From Eledone cirrhosa (lineage: Eukaryota), in the NCBI GenBank assembly GCA_964016885.1, contig OZ024740.1, positions 289,912,001 through 289,976,000 on the forward strand: a stretch of DNA of 64,000 bases, in the 5' to 3' direction. Position numbers and translations under genes: made by a program. Positions 30,484 to 43,155 of this stretch are shown here, in pieces. Within the stretch, counting starts at the first letter, position 1. The number at the start of each line of letters is the position of its first letter. Under the pieces are notes generated by a model. It was given only the letters and a program-made list of their open reading frames with translations, searched no databases and was not told the DNA's origin.

Positions 30484-30629
30484 GTTTTGACGCATAGAGT
30501 TACGGCCCTTGCCATTATGAGTTCAAATCCCGCTGAGGTTAACTTTGCCTTTCATCCTTACGGGGTCGATAAAATAAAGTACCAGTAATACACTGGATAA
30601 TTGCTGGCCTTGTGCCAAAAGTAGAAACG
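30484..30629 (+). mobile_element. Octopus-type tRNA-derived SINE, 5'-truncated, with 14-bp TSD
   Basis: gagttcaaatcccgctgaggttaactttgcctttcatccttacggggtcgataaaataaagtaccag; TSD attattatagtcat at 30470-30483 and 30630-30643. Confidence 0.85.
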
Positions 30630-30643
30630 ATTATTATAGTCAT

Positions 30644-31228
30644 TTTTTCGCTCTACGTGGCTGAATACAATAAATGTAATCTCACGTGGCTTTAAAAGTA
30701 AGGCGTGTTTCCATAATTGAAAACGAATCGAATATTATTATTAATATTCGAAAAACTCAGATTACATTTATTGCATTCAGCCATGTAGTATTTTGTTTTT
30801 TATTTGAATGTGGCAAAGCCGGCCATTAATCGCTCGTATACAGAAAACTGACAGGCCAGTCTGCTGATATGCAAATCTGGCTGATCAGTGGATCTGCTAA
30901 TATGCAGATCTGACTGATCAGCCGGTCTGCTAATATGCAAATCAGGCCGTTCAGTCTCTGTATATTTTAGAAAATATCATATATTTTCACTAGCTCTGAC
31001 AGTTGGCAGGTGAACAGTGAGCTGTACTGATGAAGGGTGATACCCAGAAACATCAGTGTCTGCAGTTCTGTTTACATGCCAACACAAGAGCAAGAATGAG
31101 GGGCTCATTCTATTGACATGGCTTTAAAAATGAGGCTTGTTTACATAATTGCAAACGAATCGAATATTATTATTAATATTCGAAAAACTCAGATTACATT
31201 TATTGTATTTAGCCATGTAGAGCGAAAA

Positions 31229-31231
<3 letters not shown>
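30644..31231 (+). mobile_element. Non-coding HHR element family B, ~432-bp tandem unit with short inverted terminal piece, ending in (TA)n
   Basis: 30684-30788 is directly repeated at 31116-31220; 30644-30682 is an inverted copy of the 3' end; HHR at 31019-31068. Confidence 0.8.
31002..31083 (+). ncRNA. Type I hammerhead ribozyme with extended stem I
   Basis: GAGCUGUA CUGAUGA aGGG ugaua CCCa GAAA CA ucag UG UC UGCAGUUC; outer pairings guuggca/ugccaac and gugaacag/cuguuuac; predicted GUC cleavage after 31060. Confidence 0.8.
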
Positions 31232-31274
<43 letters not shown>

Positions 31275-31321
31275 GGGTGCTTTTTCTCTGTGTGTGCATA
31301 TTGTGTGTATGTAAAAGGTAA

Positions 31322-31608
31322 AAAGCCCCTATAGTCACGAACGGCCATCGGATTTACACCTAGAAAGTTCCCTTCCGAGGCACAAGCCCGGGAAAATTTG
31401 TTTGTGGAATACCGGTAGTCACCCATGCATATAAGTCCCTCCTCTCCACGCCACCGATGTTGTGCAAGGGAAAGGTAAATGCTGATACAGCTTGGCACCA
31501 GTGACGTCGCAACTCATTTGTACAGCTGACTGAACTGGAGCAACGTGATGAAGTGTCTTGTTGAGAAACCCAGCGCATCACCAGGTCCGTTAACCCACGC
31601 GCCTTCAC
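31322..31608 (-). mobile_element. Second octopus-type SINE family (CORE-like body)
   Basis: caactcatttgtacagctgactgaactggagcaacgtgatgaagtgtcttg resembles a CORE-SINE domain read on the minus strand; head partly deleted. Confidence 0.6.
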
Positions 31609-31739
31609 AAATATCTATATAAATATATCTCTCACTCACTGTCCCCCCACCTTTCTCTCTATATATAAGGAGAGGACATAGGCATAAAATTTGTAAAAGA
31701 CGCATAAGTCATGAAAGAAGAGCTATATTTAAGAAAAAA

Positions 31740-32850
31740 ATATTGGCAAATATCTTGACATTTATTTTGACGATTTACTCAATATATTTTTGTCTCTACG
31801 GCGTTGAAGAGAATAAAGTTTGAGCTTTTCTAGTACATAATAATGGTTTCTTATATAGGCACAAGGCTAGCAATTTGGGAGGAGGGGACTGGTACTTTAT
31901 TTTACCGACCCCGTAAGGATGAAAGGGAAAATTAACCTCGGCGGGATTTGAACTCACATCTCATACATAATAGTCAAACGGATTCAGATCTGGAGAGCGA
32001 GGAGATCATATGTTTAGAGTGACGTGATGGTGGAGATTGTAGCTCATTCAATCTTAGGCAGTCAGGGCGTTATGAGACAGGGCAGAGTCTTGTTGGTAGG
32101 TGTACGGTCTTCCTTTGCTCACGCCCCCCATCGAAGGCGTCACAACCCTCTCGAACACCCCCTTATAGTCAGCAGCATTGAACCTTAAACCGTGATGAAA
32201 GAATTGAAGAGGTATGACATTTCCTTCGTTGTTCACGACTCCCACGACCCCCATATGTGACGGAAACTTTGTGTCAAACTTCGGTTGACATTTTGACACT
32301 GAACAAAGTGTTTCTCATAACAATACATTCCAGAATCTTGGTGTTTCAACTTGCTTAATAAGTGCTCCTTATGTGGATTAGATATTGTTATTGTTTGGTT
32401 TTTCAGACATGAATTGGCTTTTCTGCATCACCTATGGCTTGTATCAAAGGTCAACATTCACCATTGTTTCGATAATGTGCCTTGAGTTCCTTAGCAATGG
32501 CGCTAATTGATTTTCTGGGATTCTTATTGATAATTTATGTATGTTTTCCTACAGATTTGGGTGTGCTATTGGTATTAGAATCCTCAGCAGGCATTGTACG
32601 TTTGGCTGCTTCTGTAGAGAATCCCCGCCAACGGCTTCCAACTCTTTGACAACAAACGATCGTGCAACTTTCAAGAAGCGAGTAATCTCTAAATTGTCTT
32701 TAAGGCAACGATTACAGCATACCTTCCCATTTACTGAGTTAGCTTGATCTCTGTCATCATTTATCTGAAAGGAAATCAAAATCAGAACAAGTTAGAAAAA
32801 AGTGACAGCTATTAAAGTGTGTCCGCAAAAAACTGAGCAGCCCAGCTAAG
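31740..32850 (-). mobile_element. Tc1/mariner transposon remnant, interrupted by a SINE
   Basis: Minus-strand TKFPSHMGVVGVVNNEGNVIP...YTYQQDSALSH...SPDLNP motifs, with many stops. Confidence 0.75.
31838..31958 (-). mobile_element. Octopus-type tRNA SINE fragment
   Basis: Reverse complement of the 30484 family core (accgaccccgtaaggatgaaagggaaaattaacctcggcgggatttgaactc). Confidence 0.8.
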
Positions 32851-32887
32851 ATTTTTTAACTAAGATCTGTACAAAAGATGACTCAGA

Positions 32888-32943
<56 letters not shown>

Positions 32944-32944
32944 A

Positions 32945-33020
<76 letters not shown>

Positions 33021-33097
33021 TAAACTGAAATAACAAAGCAAACGACACAGTAAATTGAAGAAATATATTAGTGTGCCGCTTGATATAGTAGGGAAAG

Positions 33098-33137
33098 TAT
33101 CTTAATGTTTCGGATATTAGACCTTCATCAGAAGATA
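33098..33137 (-). ncRNA. Minimal hammerhead ribozyme-like motif next to a (TG)n/(TA)n tract
   Basis: Reverse complement: UAUCUU CUGAUGA aGG ucuaauau CC GAAA CAUU AAGAUA. Confidence 0.55.
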
Positions 33138-33174
33138 GAATAAGAAATAAGATGATATAGAAAGATATATAACA

Positions 33175-34097
33175 CAGGCAATCAAGAACTCGGCTGATGC
33201 TACTCTTTTTGCAACAAGATCTGGATGCCATATACAAATGGGCTGAGGACAAGAACATGCAATTTAATTCTGGAAAATTTCAAGCTCTACAATATCAACC
33301 TGCTAATACAAGGACAGTACAACAAAGCTACACCGGACCTGGAGGGACTGAAATCCCCGTGTCGAAATCGATACGAGACCTATGTGTAGACATTAGCGAC
33401 GATGCGTCATTTTCTTCACACATCAAGAGAGTGGCGACAATGTGCAGACGACTAGCTGGCTGGATCTTGATGACTTTCAGGGCAAGAGACCGAGTGACCC
33501 TGTTGATACTATGGAGGACATTTGTCCTAAGCCAACTGGACTATTTCTCCCAACTGTGGTCACCCTATAGTGTCAAACGAACCACAGAGATTGAAGTAAT
33601 CCAACGAAACTACACCAAGAGGATTGCCACGTTGAAGGAGATGAGGTACTTGGAGAGGCGAAAAGAACTAACACTCTACTCGTTGGAACAAATACGGAAG
33701 AGGTGCGCAGTGATTTACATATAGAAGATCCTCGGGGAACTAGCACAAAACTTTGGCATTGAGAGCTCGACCAACCACCAAATACGACGTCACTGTGTGG
33801 TGCCAAAGGTCCCGCCCTTCCCATCTAGAGTAAGATATTGCAATAGCTAGGGGTTCAAAGGCCCTCAACTCTTTAACAAGCTGCCAAGACATTTGAGAGA
33901 TCTGCATGGTGTGAACGGGGATGTTTTCAAGAAACATCTTGACACTCTGATATGCAGGATCCCAGATGAGTTCACAGCACGGAACGAATGAAGCCTAAGC
34001 GCAGTAGCAACCAATGAAGGTTGGATATAGAACGCGTACCAACAAGGGCGGTTCCCCAGCATGGCCTCATCCGGCTATATAAAAGAGTAAAAGAGTA
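33175..34097 (+). mobile_element. CR1/L2-group LINE 3' fragment
   Basis: LQQDLDAIYKWAEDKNMQFNSGKF...RDL...LDYFSQLWSP...LYSLEQ; stops downstream; short repeated tail taaaagag. Confidence 0.8.
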
Positions 34098-34466
34098 TAT
34101 ATATATATATATACTGAAAGACCTTGTGCATAGATATTAGTAGATAATATTACATGCATACATATGTAAATAGGATTTATGGTTAAGCTACAAAGTTCCC
34201 TCTGCAGAACAAATCGAAGAACAGCGTGATTTGTTTCACTTAGGTATTGCCGGCTTACTGGGATTGTCTACTCCATTTGTTCCACGAAATAGACACTCCG
34301 ATAAGCCGGCAACAACCAGGCTAAACTAGTCTTGTTCTATGATTTGTCTTGCTTTGAGGATTATACATAATGTCTATTTGCAGAGAAGCTTAATATGTAT
34401 TTTCTAATCGTATTGTCTATGGGCTTGAACAGGTACTCGTTATCGAGTATGGCCATTGCACGAGAA

Positions 34467-34500
<34 letters not shown>

Positions 34501-34552
34501 TATACACATACATACATATATACATACACATACATATACATACACATATATT

Positions 34553-34558
34553 AATAAC

Positions 34559-34641
<83 letters not shown>

Positions 34642-34664
34642 GAAGAAGAAGAAGAAGAAGAAGA
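34553..34664. repeat. (AAT)n plus (AAG)n microsatellite
   Basis: Direct reading. Confidence 0.95.
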
Positions 34665-34665
34665 A

Positions 34666-35220
34666 TTGGTGGGAGCATCAACCACCTCCCATACTTGAAA
34701 AAGATCACATCTCAATCTTGTGGAACTTTAGCATCCAAACAGACCGAAAAATAGATGCAAATAGACCTGATATAATATTGAAGGACTTTAAAAAGAGGGT
34801 ATGCCTGCTAATTGATATGTCTGTTCCAATAGACAAGAATGTATCTATAAAAACATTTGAAAAATTGAGCAAGTATAAGGACCTGGAGATAGAAATTGGA
34901 AAAATGTGGAAATTGAGAACTAAAACAATACCAGTGGTTGTAGGCGCTCTGGGAATGATACCTAAGGGGTCTAATGATTACTTATCGCAGATCCCAGGAA
35001 ACCCGCGTATAGGAGAAATACAAAAGATAGTACTAATGGGAACTGCCCATATACTAAGGAAGATTCTGTCAATATAAGTACATCACAAGTCTAAACACTA
35101 AAGATGCATGTGTGAGTATGTATGTTCTTCCTTGAACATGGCGGACCTTGTTGTCTCTTGAGGTCACTGGTTGTGACTTGGTGATAACTCGTATGAACAT
35201 AAAGTAAGATAAATGCAACT

Positions 35221-35222
<2 letters not shown>
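34666..35222 (+). mobile_element. R4/Dong-clade non-LTR element 3' fragment (restriction-like endonuclease) within a (TAA)n tract
   Basis: WWEHQP...LWNFSIQTDRKIDANRPDIIL...IDMSVP...EKLSKYKDL...PVVVGALG; (TAA)n on both sides. Confidence 0.85.
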
Positions 35223-35275
<53 letters not shown>

Positions 35276-35329
35276 TAATAATAACGACAACAACAACAAT
35301 AATAATATACATATACATATATATATACA

Positions 35330-36376
35330 CACACACGCACACACATAATCATATCTATACACACACACGATAGCAACTAACAGCGCTGCGATCGAATGTG
35401 GCTTTTTAGCCCAGCCAATGATCTAAAATGTCTTGCACAGAGTCGGCAACCAAAACATTCACTGGGAATAGCCGGCTGTGGTTGGAGTTCATTTACTTTT
35501 GCATGTCGCTTGAGCCCTCCTGCTGATTTACATTCTCTACCACATGCTTGGCAAGCATGATGAGTAGCATCTCCAAGAGCAGCCTGGAAGTCAACCACTG
35601 GTCTTACTTTATGACTGCGAAGATGACTTTCGAGTCGAGCTTTGCTTAGGCAGAGTCTCGCACAGACGCTGCATGTCAGCACCATAGGACGCCCCTCGCC
35701 GTCTGGAAGTGCAACAGCAATGCCCTTCCTCACATCCCGCTTTACTTTCTCGTATGCTATTCGAGATGCATCAAAGGCAACTTTTCCCTCATATACAGTC
35801 TTTCTCCATTTATTACGATCAGCAGCAATATTTTCCCATGTATCAGCAGAGATGTTAGCGTTTTTCAAAGAGGCTTTCAAGGAATCCTTATAACTCTTTT
35901 TTGGTTTATGTGGTGGTCGTTTTCCTTTAACTAACTCTCTATAAAAGAGTTGTTTTGGTATTCTAGAATCCTTCATCCTGGCAAGGTGACCCCTCCAACG
36001 GAGTCGTTGCTTAAGCACAAGAGCTTCTATACTGTCACACATAGAGCTTTCCAAAATCTCGACATCACTGATGTGGTCCCTCCAGTGAACGCCATGGATC
36101 CGTCTGAGACACATCTGATGGAAACGCTCCAATTGCTTAAGGTGGTGTCGATATGTGACCCGGGTCTCGCAGGCATAAAGAAGACAAGAGAGCACACATG
36201 CCTTGTACACCTTTACCTTTGTCCTCCTGCATATGTCTCGCCGACCCCAGATTCGCCTTTCTAGCTTTCCGAAAGCATCACTTGCTTTCCTAATCCTAAG
36301 TGAGATTTCACTACAAGGTTGCTGTATCGATTGACAGTGCTTCCCAGGTAGACAAACTGATCAACCACTCCAAGTC
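35330..36376 (-). mobile_element. RTE (BovB-like) LINE 3' fragment with C-terminal C2H2-like zinc fingers
   Basis: YKACVLSCLLYACET...RLRWRGHLARMKDSRIPKQLFY...GKRP; CSVC..HLRSH, CQAC..H and CRLC..HIRS. Confidence 0.85.
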
Positions 36377-36449
36377 ATACATACATACATACATACATAC
36401 ATACATACATACATACATACATACATACATACATACACACATACATACA

Positions 36450-38002
36450 TAATGAGAACATATCCTATAATGGTATCTGTAATAAAGAACGTGTAACCAG
36501 AGAATACTACACCCGATTAAGAAAGATCTGGTCATCGGAACTCTCTGCGCAAAACAAAACAGTGACTCACAATGTGTTTGCTGTGCCTGTCCTAACACCA
36601 ACGTTTGGAATATTCAATTGGACGACAGACGAAATCCGAGCAGTTGATGTTGGAACTCGAAAAGTACTGAACAACACCGGAAACTTCCACATCAACAGTG
36701 ACATAGACCGCCTTTACTTAAAACGTAAGCAGGGAGGTAGAAGCCTAACATCAGTCCAGACAACATTTGAATGTCGCACCATATCTCTCCGACATCTACG
36801 AACCTCGAAGCGTAGGAGCCCGTCTCTCGAGCAAGTCTATCTGCATGAAACAGATAAGATCATGAGAGTTGCGCAGGAACTCCTTGAGAGATATTCCCTG
36901 TGTGATAATCAAAAACTCATACCAAGGGATGTCGCTCAGCAGTATCGCAGTAAATCCATGGATGAAAAACTGCATGCTTATCAGCAAAAAATCATGCATG
37001 GATATGTTGCCAGGAAGCTCCAGAGTGAGAGTAATATAGATAAGGAAAGTAGTCTATCTTGGACCAACAACCGCTATATTGGCTCCAACTTTGAAGGATA
37101 TGCTTTTGCAATCCAAGAAGAAGAGATTAGCACGAAATACCTGATTCACAAAAGAGATAGGGATGCAGGCAAAACACCTAGATGTGATAACAAGTGCAGA
37201 CTCTGCAGAACTAACATCGAGGATATGTCATCAGCAGCTGCCCAAAGATGTCATCGCGGTACTATCTACCTATGAGGCATGATGTAGTGGACAAAACACT
37301 GTACAATGCAGTTCGTAAAAAAGATATCCCCGATAATAAACACATTAAAAGCTACAACAATGAGGAAGGCATCCATGTACATAATATGAAAGAGTACTGG
37401 TGGAATGTTCCAGTAAAAACCCAAATAAAATGCAGGCATAACAGACCAGATATGATATGGGACAGGGAGAAGAAAACATGCACAGTACTGGAAGTTACCT
37501 GCCCAGCAGATGCCAATATAATATCAAAGATTAGTGAAAAGGAGAATATGTATGCAGAACTATGAGAAATCTGCAGATACTCCACCCTGATTACACCTTC
37601 AGATTTATGCCTGTGATTATTGGGACACTGGGATATGTTAGTAACTGCCTCAATACAAATCTTGAGAAGTTAGGCTTCACAGGAACAGAAAGAACACAAC
37701 TAGTTAGGAAACTACAAGTACAATCCATTAATGGAACAGTAAAAATATGTAAAACATTCCAAAAATATTGCATCTAATAACTGCATATACACATGTACAG
37801 ATACAAAGCATATACACATGCAAACATACAACTCAAAACATACACATCCACACATACAATAACATCCATATCTACACATGCATGCATACATACATATCTA
37901 CCTAGTTGATGTGTAAATTCCAATGAGAGAGTCTTGTGTCTATGTTAGAAACCAACTCTCTCTCTATTGGTAAAACTTTGTGAAATTATAAAACCAGAAG
38001 AA
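36450..38002 (+). mobile_element. Second R4/Dong-like non-LTR element 3' fragment, flanked by (CATA)n
   Basis: NVFAVPVLTPTFG...DRLYLKRKQGGR...AIQEEEISTK...CRLC...RHD...HNRPD...LEVTCP...PVIIGTLG; (CATA)n at 36377-36450 and 38003-38058. Confidence 0.85.
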
Positions 38003-39296
38003 CATACATACATGAATACATACATACATGCATATATACATACATTCATACATACATACTAGAGTATATTTCAGAATATATCAGTAGATTTTTAGGCAAT
38101 TCTGTTTGTAATAAACAAATATAAACATCTTGACCATACAATATCGTCGTGAACACGCATAGAACTAGATTCAATCCTGTGTTGGGATTTCCTGAGCGAC
38201 TGAGTACCTTCTATCCTTCTATAATGGTACACAGAAACAATTCTTTTATAAACCCACTATTAATGATGGCTTAATTATATCAGATAGGCAGATTTGTATT
38301 TATAACACCTTCTTGGCAGCTAGTTCGATTTATAAATTGCTGGTACGTTATTAGTGTTTTGTTTCAATAATATACTATACTACAAAGTATACGTATAGAT
38401 TTTACCTAATACGGTATGTAATAGACAGATTTGCATATATAACGCACTCTTGGCAACCAATTCGATTAATTAATTAATGGTACGGCAGAATACTCTATTT
38501 CTATCCACAAAGATAATACAAAGACAAGATGTCTATTATATACAGTGTTGACTAAAAGTTTATAGATTTACTGTATAGTAATGTATAGCTTTGAGCCAAA
38601 ACGCTATTAATTCACTAATATTTTATTATTCGAACCAGCTGCCAAGATTACGATCAACTACAGGATTTTGTATAGCATTTACGTTTCAAAGTCGAGTGAG
38701 TGTTAGTTAAAGATGATGATTGTTTAGGAATGGGAAACTATTTACAAACGAAACGCCAGGAAATTTTGGGCGAAAGTTGAAAGATCAATCACGAGGAAAG
38801 TCGTTGAAAAATCAATCAGTTCAGATGAGTGGTATCATTTATGAATTCCTCTAGAAGATTCCCTGCGGAAAACGTGAAAACATGCATTGATAAAGGAAAA
38901 AAAATGGTTGCCGTTTCGCGCGCATCGTCATGTTTCCCAAATTGAGTTTAATCTGAAAGGGTGCTGTTTTGGGACACTATGTGAAATTGAGTTTAATCTG
39001 TTTGGGAACACTATGTGAAATTTAAACTGAACCGCAGAGAATATTTGGCGGCTTTAAGAAAGAGGAATTCCGCGATACTTCTGAAACACAGAAGACGAGC
39101 TAAGACGGTGAATATATCGAAGAAGAAAATCGTGCCCACACATGGATGAAATCCTGAAATACATATTGGAGTAGTGGTACACTCTTTTCCAGGCTGGTCC
39201 AAGAACTGCCTGATGTTGCTCCCCTCGGATACACATATGTGTGAGTATATGCGTGTATGTGTGTGTCTGAGTGAGTATATATATATATATATATAT

Positions 39297-39479
39297 AAAA
39301 CAAACAGGGTGTGGTAAGATAGCAGGTGGACCATAACGCACCAGAATACTCAATACTTAGGGTAGTAGAGTGGGTAATAGGAAAAGAGTCAGGACCCCGA
39401 CGGCTGAGCTCTGGCCGTTTCGAACAAATCTATCTGTCGAAACGGCCGGAGCTCAGCCCTCGGGTTCCTGACTCTTTTC

Positions 39480-39481
<2 letters not shown>
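39297..39481. mobile_element. Fold-back element family D (3' half of an HHR) in (TA)n
   Basis: 44-bp inverted arms at 39380-39423 and 39437-39480; shares ggaccataacgcaccag..tactcaatacttagggtagtagagt with 42951-43111. Confidence 0.7.
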
Positions 39482-39525
<44 letters not shown>

Positions 39526-40452
39526 GGGGTGGGGGTTACATATGTAGATGAACGTAAATGTATGTTTCACCTATATATATATATTGATGATAGGTGAAAA
39601 TATCGGTAAGGAGACTGAAGATTGATGTTTTCTAACAAGAAATTCTCAGTTCCACCGAATTTGACAATCCTTATGATTTTCGCTGCCCAAAAGCGGTACA
39701 CTAGTGACCTAGTCGATAGAAACCTATAATCATCAACGGATTTTCCCACCATTAGCAATCTACCATAAGTGAATAAATAATATACCGCACAACATATTCA
39801 AATTTGCTTCAAGTCAGGGTTGAAACCGGGTTTTGAAATCAACTTACCAGGAACAGAATCCATTGGGTTACTAAGTTATGTCGTTCTATATTTGATTTCG
39901 CGTAAGTTCTCTCCAATTTTATCGTTTAGTATTTACTGTTCCTTTGAACATTTTTTGATTACGGGTTTGTTTACCGTCATTTAATTTATTCTCTTCCTAA
40001 AACTATGTATACTTCACCCTCTATGGGTTTGTAGATCGTATTGGAACTCTCGCCAATATTTATCAAGTCTTCTCAGAAATCAATATAAATTACATATGTA
40101 AGAAATCGATATCTATTGAATCTATTTTTAAGATGTCTTCTCCTAGTTTCTGACGAGCCGTAAAATGGTAGAGAACACTGCATTTCACTAACTGATATTG
40201 TAAATATCATTTCGTGCCGAAAAAAAATGGTGAGGAGTGGGGTGGTGGCATTCATCAGCAGATCAGACTGTTACTAGATGATTCATAATATATAAATATC
40301 GACATGATATATAATATGAAATTACTGATGATATATCATAATGTTAAGATACAGCCAACAAGAAAGAGATAATATGAAATCAACTAGTCCAATATTTTGT
40401 CAGAAATCACAGCAAAAGCAAAAATTGCAATAACTTGGGAAATATAGAAATG

Positions 40453-40515
<63 letters not shown>

Positions 40516-40664
40516 TTCTCTTTACACTTTCTTATCTCACTAGTTCAGTATGGTAATGGTCTAGGTGAGGGGGGGGGGGGGGGTCACGCGAGATATGTAA
40601 TTACGTGGAGGTATATGTTATTATGTACGAAATGTGCCACATTTGAATATATATATATATATAT

Positions 40665-41384
40665 AAATGGAAAAAATAAAACGAAATTTCATTTCCCACT
40701 CTTAGTACGGCTGTTACTTAAATATAAGTATGTACACGTACATACATATATGTATACAGACGTACAGTAGTATGTATATATATATATACATACATGCACA
40801 CATATATATATGTACGTATGGATTCACCAAACATTTATTATAATGCTCGGTGTGTTTGTAAACAAACATCCCGAATTAAGCCGTACAGTGTCTAGCAACC
40901 ATCGTTGCTCATTTGTTCAACACTGACAAAACTGTATACATATATGTATGTACGTATACCTACTTATATTTAACTAACAGCCGTACTAAGAGTGAGAAAT
41001 GAAATTTCGTTTCATTTTTTCCGTTTATCGTTTTCGGTACCCCGGCCGATTAACTCACTCGATATGCAAATTAGGCTGCTCAGCCGTTAATATGCATAAG
41101 GAAAGTATATACTTTCAGACGTTCAACCATCTGGCAGGAAGGTATACGTTGCTGACGATAGCTAATAAGCTTGAAACTAGTACAGCGTTCCTTTGTCAGT
41201 GTTGAACAAACGAGCAACGATGGTTGCTAGACACTGTACGGCTTAATTCGGGATATTTGTTTACAAACATACCGAGCATTATAATAAATGTTCGGTGAAT
41301 CCATACGTACATATATATATGTGTGCATGTATGTATATATATATACATACTACTGTACGTCTGTATACATATATGTATGTACGT

Positions 41385-41390
<6 letters not shown>
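40665..41390. mobile_element. HHR element family A, head-to-head inverted copy pair in (TA)n
   Basis: 40665-40930 has the same orientation as the 25.6-26.2 kb copy; 40932-41390 is an inverted copy of ~1.07 units. Confidence 0.85.
41146..41188 (+). ncRNA. Type I hammerhead ribozyme, identical to 25804-25846
   Basis: acgttg ctgacga tagctaataagctt gaaa ctagta cagcgt. Confidence 0.75.
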
Positions 41391-41444
<54 letters not shown>

Positions 41445-41616
41445 GAGAGAGAGAGAGTGTATGTGTCTATATCCGTACGTTTCGGTTTACAAATACGAGG
41501 AAAAGGTTTCTCGATAGGAAAGAAGAATATATATAATTATTATATTACTAAGGTTACTCCGAGATTCGGGGATTGCCGCTGATCTCTGAGCAGCAACACA
41601 GAGTAATCTCAGTAAA

Positions 41617-41676
<60 letters not shown>

Positions 41677-41696
41677 CCCCCCCCACACACACACAT

Positions 41697-41730
<34 letters not shown>

Positions 41731-42076
41731 CAAACATCCTGGGATTATCTGTTCAGAGGAATATGGTAAAACCATTTATAATAAATTACTTAAATTATTC
41801 ATTCTAAATGCGTATAAACTAAGTTAAAACTGTGCGTCCTACGAAGAATCGTTCTCGGAACACCGATGTTTCTAGAACAAAACAACATAATTTTTGTAGT
41901 GCTCACTCTTTCATTAAGCACACACGTACATGCATACAGAACTATACTTACTCATATACACTTGTAAACAGTTATACACTGGTATGGTTTGTTTTACAAT
42001 TAAGCATCAGAAACAGACCACACTAGACATATAACATTTCATTTTAAACCTATGGTCTAGCTTGCATAATCTACAG

Positions 42077-42264
42077 CAGGGGTTTCCCAAATCCTTTTAA
42101 AGGCAAAACCATTTTTTATTCAGAATCTTTTGGGGGAACCCGAAAGTCCGAAATACTGTTATATGGTCGTAATGTAAATATACTCCTCTACATTTATTCA
42201 CGGAATCCCAGACACTCATTTGCGGAACCTTTGAGTTCTGTGGAACCCACTTTCGGGACCACTG
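42077..42264. mobile_element. Non-autonomous hAT (Charlie-like) MITE
   Basis: Ends caggggtttcccaaa and tttcgggaccactg; internal ggaacc repeats; imperfect 8-bp TSD atctacag/atcaacac. Confidence 0.6.
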
Positions 42265-42904
42265 ATCAACACAAATCTATATTGTTTGGGGTGTTAAGTT
42301 TTAGATAAGTCTTGATCTAACAGCCCTATGATCAAGGTTTTGAACCCCACCTATTGTTTGAACCCACCGATTTTTTTTTTTTTTAGATACAGAGTTATAT
42401 CTAGAACGCCCTTACTCAACTAATGGACACATGCCCTTCATAATGACGGGAACTGCGTTGAACGTATTCAATTTTGGAATCCATAGTTGGTATAGCATAT
42501 ATTCCAGCATTATCGGATATGTGAACAAACATACAAACTGGGAAATTTAAATTTTGATATATTAATGGTTTGCATAACAGAAACCGTATACCTTGTGTTG
42601 ATTATTGACACGTGAATATGTTTAAAGATAAGAATATTCAAATAATTTATTTATAGAACATAATTACATAAATATTCAGCCAATATATACAAATGACATA
42701 CAGGATTAAATATAAGAATAACTTTGGACAAATAACTATTTACAGGGAAAAAATGCAGAGTTCAACCAAAGATCTTCTAACTGGAAAGTGAATTAATTAT
42801 TGTAGCTATATGACTGAGACAGGAAATGCATTGTGTGCATGTGTGTATGAGTGCATGTGTGTATGTGTATGTGTGCGTGTATAAGCTTTTAAACGTTACT
42901 GGCA

Positions 42905-42950
<46 letters not shown>

Positions 42951-42951
<1 letters not shown>

Positions 42952-43107
42952 CGAAGGAATTGATTGTGGTAAGGAACCAGATGGACCATAACGCACCAGA
43001 GTACTCAATACTTAGGGTAGTAGAGTCGGTAATAGGAAAAAGTATTTCTGGAGTCCAGAAATAGCCGTCGAAACGGCTTGAGCTCTGCCGTCGGGGTCAT
43101 ACTTTTT

Positions 43108-43111
<4 letters not shown>
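42951..43111. mobile_element. Family D copy in (TA)n
   Basis: Homologous to 39297-39481; contains cgaaacggc...gccgtcgggg. Confidence 0.65.

Positions 43112-43155
<44 letters not shown>

Noticed and set aside
34215-34340. Hairpin ttgccggctta/taagccggcaa followed by aaactagtc
   Set aside because: It resembles a decayed HHR but both core strands are broken.
38262-38485. Diverged ~65-bp direct repeat about 140 bp apart
   Set aside because: An old local duplication with no further structure seen.
39000-39230. RREYLAALRKR resembling a BEL/Pao integrase C-terminus
   Set aside because: Too short, and no LTR or other domains are visible.
39600-40190. CUGAAGA..GAAA at ~39615 and CUGACGA-GCC at ~40150
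   Set aside because: Stem III or GAAA is not convincingly formed; possibly decayed HHRs but unsupported.
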